Virus record (IMG/VR): IMGVR_UViG_3300010398_000012
Coordinates: 1-57,942 of that record
Origin: a virus
Lineage: Duplodnaviria; Caudoviricetes
Reading direction: 5' to 3' (one strand)
Length of the DNA stretch: 57,942 nt
Part shown: in pieces, positions 17,488 through 26,844 of the stretch
How positions within the stretch are numbered: position 1 is the first letter of the stretch
How the letters are laid out: each line of letters begins with the position of its first letter
Translations under genes and position numbers: made by a program
The notes under the pieces: generated by a model
The model's database searches: none
Told to the model about the DNA's origin: nothing
What the model saw: only the letters and a program-made list of their open reading frames with translations

Positions 17488-19443
17488 GTGAAGGTGCTGA
17501 TACACAGCAACGCGCCCGCCCCGCTGTCCCAGACGGGATACGGGCAGCAGGTCGCCTGGGTCGCGCCGGCGCTGGTGAAGATGGGCTACGAGGTGGTCAT
17601 CTCCTGCATGACCGGCGTGTCGGGGTTCGCTACCGAGTGGGAGGGGATCACCTGCCTGTCGGCCGGCCTGTCGCCGTATTCCTCCGACATCCTGGGGGCG
17701 CACGCCCGGTACTTTTTCGGCTCGGACCCGGGGCTGATCCTGATCCACTACGACGCGTGGGCGGTGGGCCCGGACCCGGTGCGCGGGTTCGCCACCGCCG
17801 CCTGGGCGCCGGTGCACTGTGCGCCGATGTCGGCGGGGGATCAGGCGTTTTTCGCACTGTCGGGGGCGGTGCCGATCGCTTACTCCCGGCACGGTGAGAG
17901 GATGATGCGCCAGGCGGGGTTGCAGCCGCAGTTCGTGCCGCACGCGGTGGACGGCGCGGTGTTCCGGCCGCTGTCGGAGGAGGACCGGGCGGAGGCGCGG
18001 CGGCGGCTGCACGTCCCGGAGGGCGCGTTCGTGGTGGCGATGGTGGGGGCGAACAAGGGCACCGACCCGGCGCGGAAAGGCTGGGGGGAGGCGTTCCAGG
18101 CGTTCGCTAAGTTCCGCCGCGCCCATCCGCAGGCGGTGCTGCTGTGCCATACGATGGCCGCCACGCTGCCGGATTACGGGCTGGACATGCGGCCGATGAT
18201 CGACCAGCTCGGCATCGGGGACGCGGTGATCTTCTCCGGGGACTACGCGCAGGTGACCGGCCTGTATTCGGACACGTACGTGGCGCGGCTGACCGGCTGC
18301 GCGGACGGGTACTTGCAGCCGTCGTGGGGGGAGGGGTTCGGCCTGGGCGCGGTCCAGGCGCAAGCCTGCGGCGTTCCGGTGATCGTGGGGGACAACTCGG
18401 CGCAGACCGAGCTGTGCGGCGCGGGGTGGCTGGTGGACTGCCAGCCGTACTGGTACTGGCGGGATCAGGCCAACTGGGCGTGCCCGTCGATCAAGAGCAT
18501 TACGGCGTGCCTGGAGAAACTGTGGGCCGCCCAGCACAACCCCAAGCAGCGGGCCCGGCTGGCCGCGAAGGCGCGGAAGTTCGCGGAGCAGTTCGAACCC
18601 GGGGTTGTGGCGGAGCAGTACTGGCGGCCGGTGATGGGGATGCTGGAGCAGTTCGCGGGCGCGGCGCGGGTGCGGCCGTTCTCCGAGGCGGGGGTCCGGC
18701 TGCCGTCCGCGCACGCGGACGGGCTGGACTGGGTGGCGCGGGGCGGCCACACCGACGACTGGATAGCGGTGGGGCATGAGGACGCCCTCGCGCCGGTGCT
18801 GGACAAGCTGCTCCCTGAGGGGGGGGTGCTGCTGGACGTGGGCGCGCATGTGGGCCGGTGGTCGCTGCGGCTCGCGCAGAAAGCGGCCCGGGTGGTCGCG
18901 GTGGAGGCGAACCCGGACACGGCTGCTGTATTGAAATACCACCTGGGGCTGAACCAGGTGGGCAACGTGGAGGTGATCGAGGGCGCGGCGTGGGACGCGC
19001 AGACGATCCTGGAGCTGGCCGACCCGAACCGGCAGGTGACCGGCGGCTCCACCCGCACCCTCACGCCCTCGGAGGCGCAGGGCCTAGGCAACGGCGGGCA
19101 CGTGCACGCCAAGCCGGTGGATGTGTGGCTGGCCGAGGAGCTGCCGCTGCTGGACCGGCTGGACCTGGTCAAGCTGGACGTGGAAGGCGCCGACCTGCAC
19201 GCGCTGCGCGGCATGGCCCGCACGCTGGCGTCCTACCGGCCGATGCTGTTCGTGGAAGACCATTCGATTTACGGCTACTACGACCGGGCCGACCTGCTGG
19301 CCCTGCTGGCGGAGCTGGGGTATGAGCCGCAGGTGTTCACCGCGATGCTGGCCGGGGGGCGGTCGGCGCCGTACATTATCGCCCGGCCTGCCGGGGGCGA
19401 GGGGCAGGACCCGGCGGAGGCGTGGCACGGCAGCCAGCCGTGA
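17488..19443 (+). CDS. GT-B (GT4-like) glycosyltransferase fused to FkbM-family methyltransferase
   Basis: AAGGA RBS; TGYGQQ, ANKG...RKG, PSWGEGFGLGAVQAQACGVPVI; then LLDVGAHVG, VAVEAN, LVKLDVEGAD. Confidence 0.88.
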   Translation: MKVLIHSNAPAPLSQTGYGQQVAWVAPALVKMGYEVVISCMTGVSGFATEWEGITCLSAGLSPYSSDILGAHARYFFGSDPGLILIHYDAWAVGPDPVRGFATAAWAPVHCAPMSAGDQAFFALSGAVPIAYSRHGERMMRQAGLQPQFVPHAVDGAVFRPLSEEDRAEARRRLHVPEGAFVVAMVGANKGTDPARKGWGEAFQAFAKFRRAHPQAVLLCHTMAATLPDYGLDMRPMIDQLGIGDAVIFSGDYAQVTGLYSDTYVARLTGCADGYLQPSWGEGFGLGAVQAQACGVPVIVGDNSAQTELCGAGWLVDCQPYWYWRDQANWACPSIKSITACLEKLWAAQHNPKQRARLAAKARKFAEQFEPGVVAEQYWRPVMGMLEQFAGAARVRPFSEAGVRLPSAHADGLDWVARGGHTDDWIAVGHEDALAPVLDKLLPEGGVLLDVGAHVGRWSLRLAQKAARVVAVEANPDTAAVLKYHLGLNQVGNVEVIEGAAWDAQTILELADPNRQVTGGSTRTLTPSEAQGLGNGGHVHAKPVDVWLAEELPLLDRLDLVKLDVEGADLHALRGMARTLASYRPMLFVEDHSIYGYYDRADLLALLAELGYEPQVFTAMLAGGRSAPYIIARPAGGEGQDPAEAWHGSQP

Positions 19444-20135
19444 CCGGCTGGTGGGGCGGCCACCACGCGGACCCGGTGGTGCGGCAGGCGATGGCACTGG
19501 GCGCGTCGCAGGACGCCGATGAACTGGGCGCGGCGCTGGTGCTGGTCCGCGCCCTGGACCCGTGCGTGGTGGTGGAGATCGGCTGTGACCGGGGCGGCAC
19601 CTTGTACGCGTGGCGGCAGGTGTGCGGCCGGGTGTACGGGATCACCCTGGCGGACAACGGGTACGACGCGGGCGGGTCGGGGCTGCCGCTGGAGCCGCAC
19701 GGCGCGGTGACCTACATCGGGGACTCCCACGGCAGCGCGGCGCTGGAGTGGCTGATTGATGAGCTGGCCGTGCCGGTGGCCGAGATGAGCATGGCGGAGC
19801 TGGTGGCGACCCCGCAGGTGCTGATGCAGGTGACCCGGCCGTGTTCGGCGCGGGAGGCGACGGTCCCGGTGGACGCGCTGGTGCTGGACGGCGACCATTC
19901 GGCGGCCGGGCTGGTCGCGGACCTGGCCATGTACGGGCCGCTGGTCCGTCCCGGCGGGCTGATCCTGGTCCATGACATCCACTCCGGGCACGACCCCCGG
20001 GTCCAGGTGCACGAGGTGTGGCCGCACCTGCGGGCGGCGTTCGACACCTCGGAGATCGACTTTGGCGGCCCCGGCTGGGGGATCATCCATATCCGCGCGG
20101 CGGACCGATTCGCAGAGGAGAGCCGTGATGGCTGA
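19440..20135 (+). CDS. Class I SAM-dependent methyltransferase (Methyltransf_24-like)
   Basis: VVEIGCDRGGT, GDSH, LVLDGDHS, LVRPGGLILVHD; GTGA coupling. Confidence 0.85.
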   Translation: MTGWWGGHHADPVVRQAMALGASQDADELGAALVLVRALDPCVVVEIGCDRGGTLYAWRQVCGRVYGITLADNGYDAGGSGLPLEPHGAVTYIGDSHGSAALEWLIDELAVPVAEMSMAELVATPQVLMQVTRPCSAREATVPVDALVLDGDHSAAGLVADLAMYGPLVRPGGLILVHDIHSGHDPRVQVHEVWPHLRAAFDTSEIDFGGPGWGIIHIRAADRFAEESRDG

Positions 20136-20460
20136 AGACCCGGTGCAGAGCCTGGCGTACGGGCCGAACCCGGCATTGTCGGCGCAGGCGGGGGTGGAGG
20201 CCGCCGTGGCGGGCCCGCACCGGCCCGACGACCCGGAGCCGACCCCGACCCAGGCGGTGCCGACCTCTGACCACGGCACCGCCGACGACGCCGACCAGGG
20301 CCGGGCCCCGGCGGCAGCCGGGCCGGAACCCGAGGCCGAGGAGGAGGCCGGCCACGAGGAGGCCGAGGAGGCGCCAGCGGCCAAGCCGCCGGCGGCGGCT
20401 AAGCCGGCGGCGCCGCGCGGCCACCGCAGCGCGGGCGGCCGGGCCGGGGGCCGGGCGTGA
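20128..20460 (+). CDS. Low-complexity Pro/Ala/Glu protein
   Basis: GAGGAG RBS before ATG 20128; coupled to next gene. Confidence 0.6.
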   Translation: MAEDPVQSLAYGPNPALSAQAGVEAAVAGPHRPDDPEPTPTQAVPTSDHGTADDADQGRAPAAAGPEPEAEEEAGHEEAEEAPAAKPPAAAKPAAPRGHRSAGGRAGGRA

Positions 20461-20789
20461 CCGTCGTGATCCTGGACGCCTGGCAGGACTGGGTGTGCCG
20501 CGCCGGGCAGGACGGGCGCGGCTGCGGCGTGGCCGAGCGGGTCCGTCCGCTGCCGCCGAACGCCCAGCGGTGGCATGCGTGTAACCGGCTGCACGGGCTG
20601 AAGACGCCGCTGGTGCTCGCCGGCGCGGACTGCAAGGTGGTCGCGGTGGAACGCGGCGACTACCTGAACGGCGAACAGCAGCGCACCGGCGACGACGGGA
20701 AACCGTATATGGCGGTGGTCACCGAGCACGCGGACGGGCACACGGATGCGGCGGTGTTCCCGGCGGTGGCGGTCGCCCGGGTCAGGTGA
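20457..20789 (+). CDS. Hypothetical phage protein with Cys/His motif
   Basis: WVC...CG...WHAC..LHGLKTPLV; GTGA coupling. Confidence 0.7.
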   Translation: MTVVILDAWQDWVCRAGQDGRGCGVAERVRPLPPNAQRWHACNRLHGLKTPLVLAGADCKVVAVERGDYLNGEQQRTGDDGKPYMAVVTEHADGHTDAAVFPAVAVARVR

Positions 20790-21185
20790 CCGGAAGGGTC
20801 CCGTCCGCGCGGAGTGTCAGCCGGTGCGGGGCGGTCCACGGGGCGTCGGCCAGGTACCGCTCCATGACCCGGTCGGCCTTGGCCCGGTCGTAGGGGCCGA
20901 GGGCTTCCATCATGCACGGCCGCCCCGGGTGCTCCTCGCACTCGGATCCGGTGAACAGGACCACGACCTGATCGGCCGCTATCTCAGCCACATCCGGGCC
21001 CGCCGGGCCCGGGGCGGGATGACCATCCGGAACTCGCCCTGACTGTCCCATTCGACGGCGAACGCCTCCCCGGCCGGGGCCGGCGGCGCGGCGTCCCATT
21101 CCGCGATCACGTGACCCTCATCGTCCCACACGACGGCGTCGGCGGGCGCGGTGAGCGTCCCCGCTGGCGTCTCTCGCGTAGCCAT
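20782..21185 (-). pseudogene. Antisense accessory gene with apparent frameshift at about 21011 (or two overlapping ORFs)
   Basis: MATRETPAG...FRMVIPP continues naturally into PGPAGPDVAEIAADQ... if one base is added in a C4 run; TATGTT lies 6 nt before ATG 21185. Confidence 0.5.
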
Positions 21186-21212
21186 GCCAGCAACATACCC
21201 GGAAGGGGTGCC

Positions 21213-21479
21213 ATGACGACCAACGGTAAGGCCCAGGCGGGCGCGGCGGGCGCGGCGGCCGGGGCCGCCACCGGGGACTCCGCCCCCGGTGAGTTCGCCA
21301 CCAAGCTGGTCAAGTCCAAGCATGAGGCGCAGGGGGTCAGCTTCACCTCTGACCACCCGATCGGCGGCGACTACCCGCCGGTGCCGCCGATGCCGGCCGA
21401 GGAGCAGCACGCGGCCGGGTATCAGCCGCTGGCCGCCGAGCACGAGGCCGCCGCCCGCGCGGCGGAGCAGGAGGGCTGA
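21213..21479 (+). CDS. Hypothetical protein
   Basis: GAAGGGG RBS before ATG 21213. Confidence 0.6.
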   Translation: MTTNGKAQAGAAGAAAGAATGDSAPGEFATKLVKSKHEAQGVSFTSDHPIGGDYPPVPPMPAEEQHAAGYQPLAAEHEAAARAAEQEG

Positions 21480-21482
21480 GCC

Positions 21483-21977
21483 GTGTCGTGGACCGACTCC
21501 CGCATCTTCACCCAGGCGTTGCTCAACCCGATCATGGGCCGCCTGTGGACCACCGCCGCGCCCACCACGTTCTCATCGCTGTCGGCGGACACGGTGAAGG
21601 CGGCGCTGTTCAACAACTCGGTCACCCCCGACCGGGACGCGGTGGTTGGCTCGACCGGGTACAACACCGGCACCTGGCTGGTCGCGCAGGAGCAGACATC
21701 GTCGTCGCAGTGGCCGGCGGGCGGGGTGACGCTGGGCTCCAAGGCGTTCGCGTCGGGCACGTCGATCGTCAACTTCGACGCCGCCGACGCCGCCGGGTCG
21801 GGAAACGTGACCCTGGCTAACGTGTTCGGCGCCCTGGTGTACGACGACACGATCACCGCCGGCACGGTGGCCAAGCAGGCCATGTGTTTCAACTATTTCG
21901 GCGGCACCCAGGGGGTCACCGGGGGCACGTTCACCGTGGTCTGGGACGCAACCGGCGTGTTCAAGGTCACGCTGTAG
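21483..21977 (+). CDS. Virion structural protein (fibre-associated type)
   Basis: DTVKAALF...GGVTL...FDAAD...ALVYDDT...FGG...GGTFTVVW pattern of small phage fibre-module proteins. Confidence 0.7.
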   Translation: MSWTDSRIFTQALLNPIMGRLWTTAAPTTFSSLSADTVKAALFNNSVTPDRDAVVGSTGYNTGTWLVAQEQTSSSQWPAGGVTLGSKAFASGTSIVNFDAADAAGSGNVTLANVFGALVYDDTITAGTVAKQAMCFNYFGGTQGVTGGTFTVVWDATGVFKVTL

Positions 21978-21989
21978 CGGTGGCCGGGT

Positions 21990-22691
21990 GTGGCTGGCAC
22001 AGTCACCGCCACCCAGGGCGGCAGCGTCCAGAACGGGCTGCTGCTGCGGGTGATGGTGCTGACGCAGGCGGCGGCCACCCAGAACGGCGCGACCCTCACC
22101 GGCGCGGCAGGCGGCGGGAACATCGTCACGACCCAGACCGGGTCGCGGGTGTACGGCGCGACCCTGCGGGCCGCCGCGACCGCCAACACGGCTGACTCCG
22201 GTTGCACGCTGCTTGATGACGTGCAGGACGCCACCCACGTGGCGGATTACAGCACATGGAAGACGACGGCGCTGACCGGCACCCCCGGCAGCACACTGGT
22301 CGGCTGCGCGGCCGGTGCCGGCGTGGCCGCGCTGGAAGTACTGACCGCCGGGACGCTCACCGAGGACGGGTCGGCGCCCACACCGGGGTCATCGACCACC
22401 ACGGCGACCACGTTGACCAGCGGGAGCTTCACCCCGCCGGCCGGGTCGCTGGTCGTGGCCCTGGTGTCCTCGGACGGGGCCGGGTCGGTCACCACGATGA
22501 CCGTGTCGGACACCGGCCTGGGCCTGACGTGGACCGAGAAAGTCAAGCAGAACCCGGCCGGGTCCGGATATCAGGGGGTGTGGACCGCGCCGGTGCCGGC
22601 GGCGGCTGGGCTGCTGCCGCAGCAGTTGCGGGCCCGCACTCCCGCCCAGGTCGCGGCGCCCGGGGAATCGCTGGCGATGTACGGGAGGTAA
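21990..22691 (+). CDS. Thr/Gly-rich virion protein, paralog of the N-terminal module of 23483..26839
   Basis: Shares VTATQGGS..NGLLLRV.VLT, GS.VYGA, DDVQD, SFT.PA.SL, GLTWT.K, GY.GVW. Confidence 0.75.
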   Translation: MAGTVTATQGGSVQNGLLLRVMVLTQAAATQNGATLTGAAGGGNIVTTQTGSRVYGATLRAAATANTADSGCTLLDDVQDATHVADYSTWKTTALTGTPGSTLVGCAAGAGVAALEVLTAGTLTEDGSAPTPGSSTTTATTLTSGSFTPPAGSLVVALVSSDGAGSVTTMTVSDTGLGLTWTEKVKQNPAGSGYQGVWTAPVPAAAGLLPQQLRARTPAQVAAPGESLAMYGR

Positions 22692-22696
22692 TCCCT

Positions 22697-22969
22697 ATGG
22701 CTGCGTTGACGCAGGACCAGTGCCGCCGTGTCTACACCGACTCGGGGGCGCGGACCTGGTCGCTGTTTGAGGTGCTGGACGTGTCCGGCGGCGACACCAT
22801 CGACATGGCGGCGCTGACGTTCTACCGGGTGGTGAAGCAGGCGGCGTGGATGGGCGCCACGGTGTCCGGGGTGGCCGCCGCGACCGTGACCGCCCCGGCG
22901 ACCATCGCCGCGCCGGGGGTCTTGAACCATGACGCCGCCTACCTGCTGGTGGACGGGGTGCCGGCCTGA
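22697..22969 (+). CDS. Small probable virion protein
   Basis: GGGAGGT RBS before ATG 22697; TGATG coupling. Confidence 0.65.
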   Translation: MAALTQDQCRRVYTDSGARTWSLFEVLDVSGGDTIDMAALTFYRVVKQAAWMGATVSGVAAATVTAPATIAAPGVLNHDAAYLLVDGVPA

Positions 22970-23469
22970 TGGGCGAGTACTACGCCAGCCCGCGCGCCAC
23001 GTCGGCGCCCTTTGAGCCCACGGTGGTGGCGCTGGTCGGCGGCACGACCAAGACGGTGCTTCAGGTGGCCACGCCGTCCACCACGGACCTGATCGTGATC
23101 GGCTGGTCGGTGGCGTTCGACGGCGCGTCCGGCACGGCGGTGCCGGTGATCTGCCACCTGATCCAAACCGACGTGGCCGCGACAGTCACATCGCTGACCC
23201 CGGAACTGTGGGGGCATGACCAGCAGCCCGCCAGCCTGTGCGTCGGCGGCACGTCGGCCACCGGCTACAACGCGAGCGTGGAAGGCACCATCACCGCTGT
23301 CCGGATGTTCGACTCCCAGCACGTGCACCCGCAGGCCGGGTACGGGATCATCTGGCCCGAGCACGTGCGGGCCCGGATGCCGGTGAGCAAGTTCCTGCGG
23401 ATCCGGTGCAAGGCCCCGGCCGGGGTGAACGTCATCCCGCAGATCATCTGGGGCGAGCCCTCGGTGTAA
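22969..23469 (+). CDS. Probable virion beta-sandwich protein
   Basis: TKTVLQV..P...W.V.FDG...HPQAG...LRIR...PA.VN. Confidence 0.7.
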   Translation: MGEYYASPRATSAPFEPTVVALVGGTTKTVLQVATPSTTDLIVIGWSVAFDGASGTAVPVICHLIQTDVAATVTSLTPELWGHDQQPASLCVGGTSATGYNASVEGTITAVRMFDSQHVHPQAGYGIIWPEHVRARMPVSKFLRIRCKAPAGVNVIPQIIWGEPSV

Positions 23470-23482
23470 GGCGGTGCCATAG

Positions 23483-26400
23483 ATGCGTGGCACCGGGGCG
23501 AACATCTGGCACGGGCCGGGCGTGCCGGTTGTGCCGACCGCCGGCGGGGTCACCTTGGCCGTGACCGCCACCCAGGGCGGTTCCACGGCTAACGGGCTGC
23601 TGCTGCGCGTGTACGTCCTCACCGGCGCGGCCGTTGCCGCGTCGCAAACCGGCGCGGCGACCCACAGCTTCCCTACCGGCACGACCTTGGCCAACTCGGT
23701 GACCGCCACCGCCGGGTCCAACGTGTACGGCGCGTGCGTGCACGCCGGGTCCGCCGCGACTGCGACCGGCGGCAGCAACGCCACGGTTGTGGATGACGTG
23801 CAAGACACCTCGCACAGCCTGCGTTATGTGTCGTGGCACGCGCTGGGGGTCGCCGGCGGCGCGGTCTCTTACGGGTTCACGATGGGCTCCACGCAGACGG
23901 GGCGGGTGGAGAACGCGGAAGTGCTCGTGTCCGGCACCCTGGCCGAGAACGCCGCCGCCCCGCCAGCGGCGTCCACCACGACGGCGACCACGGTATCGAC
24001 GGCGTCCTTTACCGCACCCGCTAACTCGCTGCTGGTGGCGGTGGTCGCGTCGAACGGCGGCGCGAGCGCGGTGACGATGGCCCTGTCGGACTCGGCCGGC
24101 CTGACCTGGACACAAAAGGACAGCAGCAGCCCTGGCGCCGCGAACGGGTACGTCGGCGTGTGGGTCGCTGACGTGGTCAGCGCGGTGGCCGCCCCGGCCG
24201 GGGCGGCCACCGGGTCCGGGCAGGCAGCGGATGGCGTGGCCGCCGCAGGCGTGGCAGCAGGTGCAGCGCCGGGCGCGGGCGCGGCGGCGGGCGCAGTTGC
24301 CGCTGTCGCCGTAGCCGCTGGGGTGGCGGCCGGTGCGGGCGCCGCGCCAGCCGCCACGGCCGCCGCTGGGGTAAACGCGGGTGTCGCGGCCGGGTCCGGG
24401 CAGGCCCCGGCCGCGCGGGTGCCGCAGGCCGAGCCGCCCGCAGCCACGGGCCTGGGTGCCGCGCCGGCGGCATCGCCGGCGGTCACCGCCAGTGCGGGTG
24501 CCGCCGCCGGGTCGGGGCAGGCCGCCGCCGCGATCGTCGCGGCCGGGGTGAACACCGCCCCCGCCGCCGGCGTGGGTGCCGCAGGCCCGGTGAGCGCCCC
24601 CGCCGCCGCCTGGTCACTGGCCCAGCAGGTCACCGGGTCTACGGCGGCAGCGAATAACACGCCGCAGATAACTTTCACCCCGGCGTCCGGGGCACCGCTG
24701 GTCACCGCGATCTTCACCCGATCCGGTGGCCAGTCCACCGGGGCGATGACCTCGGTCACCGACTCCGCCGGGAACACGTGGACCGCCGGGCCCAAGGGCG
24801 CGGTGTCGGGCGGGACGAACACCCGCGTCGAGCTGTGGTATGTGATCGCGCCGGCGGCGTTCACCTGGCTGCAAGGCAACTCGGGCACCAGCCAGGACTA
24901 TTCGTGGAACGTGCAGGAGTGGGCGGGCGCGACGGGGGTCACGTTCGACGCCGGGTCGGCCACCTATTCGGCCACCGCGTCCTCCACGACGTGTGACACC
25001 CCGTCCACTGCCGCCGCCGGCCCCACCGACCTGGCTATTGCCGCCGCCGCCTACGGGCAGGCGACGGGGACGCTGAACAGTGCCGGGTGGACGGCGCTGA
25101 CCAATTTCGACATGTCCACCACCCGGTCCGGGCGGGCCGCCTACGACGCGGGCACGTCCGGTGCGGGCCTGGCGTCGGGAAGCTATTTCGCGGAGTGGCT
25201 GCTGGGCAGCGCGCACGCCTGCGGGGTGCTGACCGCCACGTTCAAGGGGACGCTGGCTGCCGCTGCTAGCCCGGCCGCCGGGGCGGCGGGTGGCCTGGGC
25301 GCGGCACCGGGCCCGGTGGTGGCGGTTGCGCCGGTCGCGGGTGTCGCGGCTGGCGCGGGGCTGGGCCCAGCGGCTGCCGCAGCGGGCAGCGTCAACGCGG
25401 GGGCAGCCGCCGGGACCGGGATCGCGGCGAATGCCACCGTCTCCACCGTCACGGCGGCCACCGCGAACGCCGGGGTCGCGGCCGGGCTGGGCGCGGCGAA
25501 TCCCGCTGTACCAGCGGCCACGGCCCCGGCCGGTGCCAGCGCGGGACTCGGCCTGGCGGCGGCCCCGCAGACGGCGGCCAGTGTCCCCGCCGGGGTCGCG
25601 GCCGGGCTCGGGCTGGCGGCCCCGCCGACCCCAGCGGTTCGCCCGGCGGCGGGCGCAGCAGCGGGTACGGGCACCGCCACGGCCCCCGCCTCCCTCGCCG
25701 CGACGGTAAACGCCGGCGTGGCCTCCGGGGCCGGGGCCGCGCCGGGTGCCACCATCTCCACGGCCACCGCCGGCACCGCGAACGCCGGGGTGGCCGCCGG
25801 GACGGGGACCGCGCCGGGTGCCGCGCCTGCCCTGGGCACAAGCGCGGGCGTGGCACCCGGGTCCGGCGTGGCCCTGGGCGCGGGTGCCACCCTCACAGCG
25901 GGCGCGGGTGTCGCGGCCGGGACGGGCATCGCCCCGAATGCGCGGGTGCCGCAGGCCGAGCCGCCAGCGGCAGCCGGCGCCGGGACCGCGCCCCAGCCGG
26001 CCGCCGCGCTCGGCGCGAACGCGGGCCCCGGCGGCGGGCTGGGGCAAGCGCCCGCCCCGTCCACCGCGCTCACGGTCCGCGCCGGGATCGCGGCCGGGCT
26101 GGGTGCCGCCCCGAACGCCACGGTTTCGACGGCCACCGCCGGGACCGCAAACGCCGGGGTCGCGGCCGGCCTGGGGACGGCCCCGGCGGCAGCGGTCGCG
26201 GTCGCGGCGAACGCCGGCCCGGGTCCCGGCGGCGGCGCGGCCGTACAGGCCGCCGTGGGGGTCACCGTCGCCGCAGGCGTCGCGGCGGGGACGGGGACGG
26301 CGGCGGCGCCGGTTATCGCCGCCGCGCCGAACGCGGGTGTGGCGGCCGGGCTGGGGGCCAGCTCCCCGGCGACGGCAGCACCTGGTGCCCTCGCCGGCGG

Positions 26401-26839
26401 GGCTGCCGGGGCTGGCGTGGCGGCCGGCCCCACCGTGTCCACCTTGCCCCGCACGTTCGCCCCGGCCGGGGTGGCGGCGGGGACGGGCATCGCCGCACCG
26501 CCGGGGCTGGCCCTGGCCGGCAACGCGTTCCCCACCGCCGCCGCCGGGCTGGGCGCGGCCCCGGCGGCCGGCGGAACCCCCGGGAGGGCGGCACCCGCCG
26601 CCGCCGCTGCCGGGACCGGCCTGGCCCTGGCCCCGGCGGTGGTGCTGGCCTGCCTGGCCAGGGCCCAGGCCGCCGCCGGCCTGGGGGCGTGCGGCGCGGC
26701 GGCACACGGGTTCACCCCGGTTGTGTTCGCGGTGTCGGTGGCCGGGGGGCAGACGGGACCGGCAGCGGTCGCCTCCGGGGCCGTGGCGGTCGCCGCCGCC
26801 GCCGGCGGCGGCATCCCGGGGAAACAGGAAGGGGCGTAA
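23483..26839 (+). CDS. 1118-aa Ala/Gly-rich repetitive fibre protein with two globular modules
   Basis: Many roughly 20-aa AGVAAGxGxA repeats flanking globular regions at about 23540-24175 and 24607-25250. Confidence 0.8.
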   Translation: MRGTGANIWHGPGVPVVPTAGGVTLAVTATQGGSTANGLLLRVYVLTGAAVAASQTGAATHSFPTGTTLANSVTATAGSNVYGACVHAGSAATATGGSNATVVDDVQDTSHSLRYVSWHALGVAGGAVSYGFTMGSTQTGRVENAEVLVSGTLAENAAAPPAASTTTATTVSTASFTAPANSLLVAVVASNGGASAVTMALSDSAGLTWTQKDSSSPGAANGYVGVWVADVVSAVAAPAGAATGSGQAADGVAAAGVAAGAAPGAGAAAGAVAAVAVAAGVAAGAGAAPAATAAAGVNAGVAAGSGQAPAARVPQAEPPAATGLGAAPAASPAVTASAGAAAGSGQAAAAIVAAGVNTAPAAGVGAAGPVSAPAAAWSLAQQVTGSTAAANNTPQITFTPASGAPLVTAIFTRSGGQSTGAMTSVTDSAGNTWTAGPKGAVSGGTNTRVELWYVIAPAAFTWLQGNSGTSQDYSWNVQEWAGATGVTFDAGSATYSATASSTTCDTPSTAAAGPTDLAIAAAAYGQATGTLNSAGWTALTNFDMSTTRSGRAAYDAGTSGAGLASGSYFAEWLLGSAHACGVLTATFKGTLAAAASPAAGAAGGLGAAPGPVVAVAPVAGVAAGAGLGPAAAAAGSVNAGAAAGTGIAANATVSTVTAATANAGVAAGLGAANPAVPAATAPAGASAGLGLAAAPQTAASVPAGVAAGLGLAAPPTPAVRPAAGAAAGTGTATAPASLAATVNAGVASGAGAAPGATISTATAGTANAGVAAGTGTAPGAAPALGTSAGVAPGSGVALGAGATLTAGAGVAAGTGIAPNARVPQAEPPAAAGAGTAPQPAAALGANAGPGGGLGQAPAPSTALTVRAGIAAGLGAAPNATVSTATAGTANAGVAAGLGTAPAAAVAVAANAGPGPGGGAAVQAAVGVTVAAGVAAGTGTAAAPVIAAAPNAGVAAGLGASSPATAAPGALAGGAAGAGVAAGPTVSTLPRTFAPAGVAAGTGIAAPPGLALAGNAFPTAAAGLGAAPAAGGTPGRAAPAAAAAGTGLALAPAVVLACLARAQAAAGLGACGAAAHGFTPVVFAVSVAGGQTGPAAVASGAVAVAAAAGGGIPGKQEGA

Positions 26840-26844
26840 GGGCC

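Noticed and set aside
21990-24180. Duplicated module as a possible DGR template/variable repeat pair
   Set aside because: Similarity is at protein level with indels and all substitution types, not adenine-specific; no reverse transcriptase in the window.
24180-26830. Repetitive DNA as a possible CRISPR array or tandem repeat
   Set aside because: Repeats are degenerate, in-frame and coding; no identical repeats with unique spacers and no cas genes.
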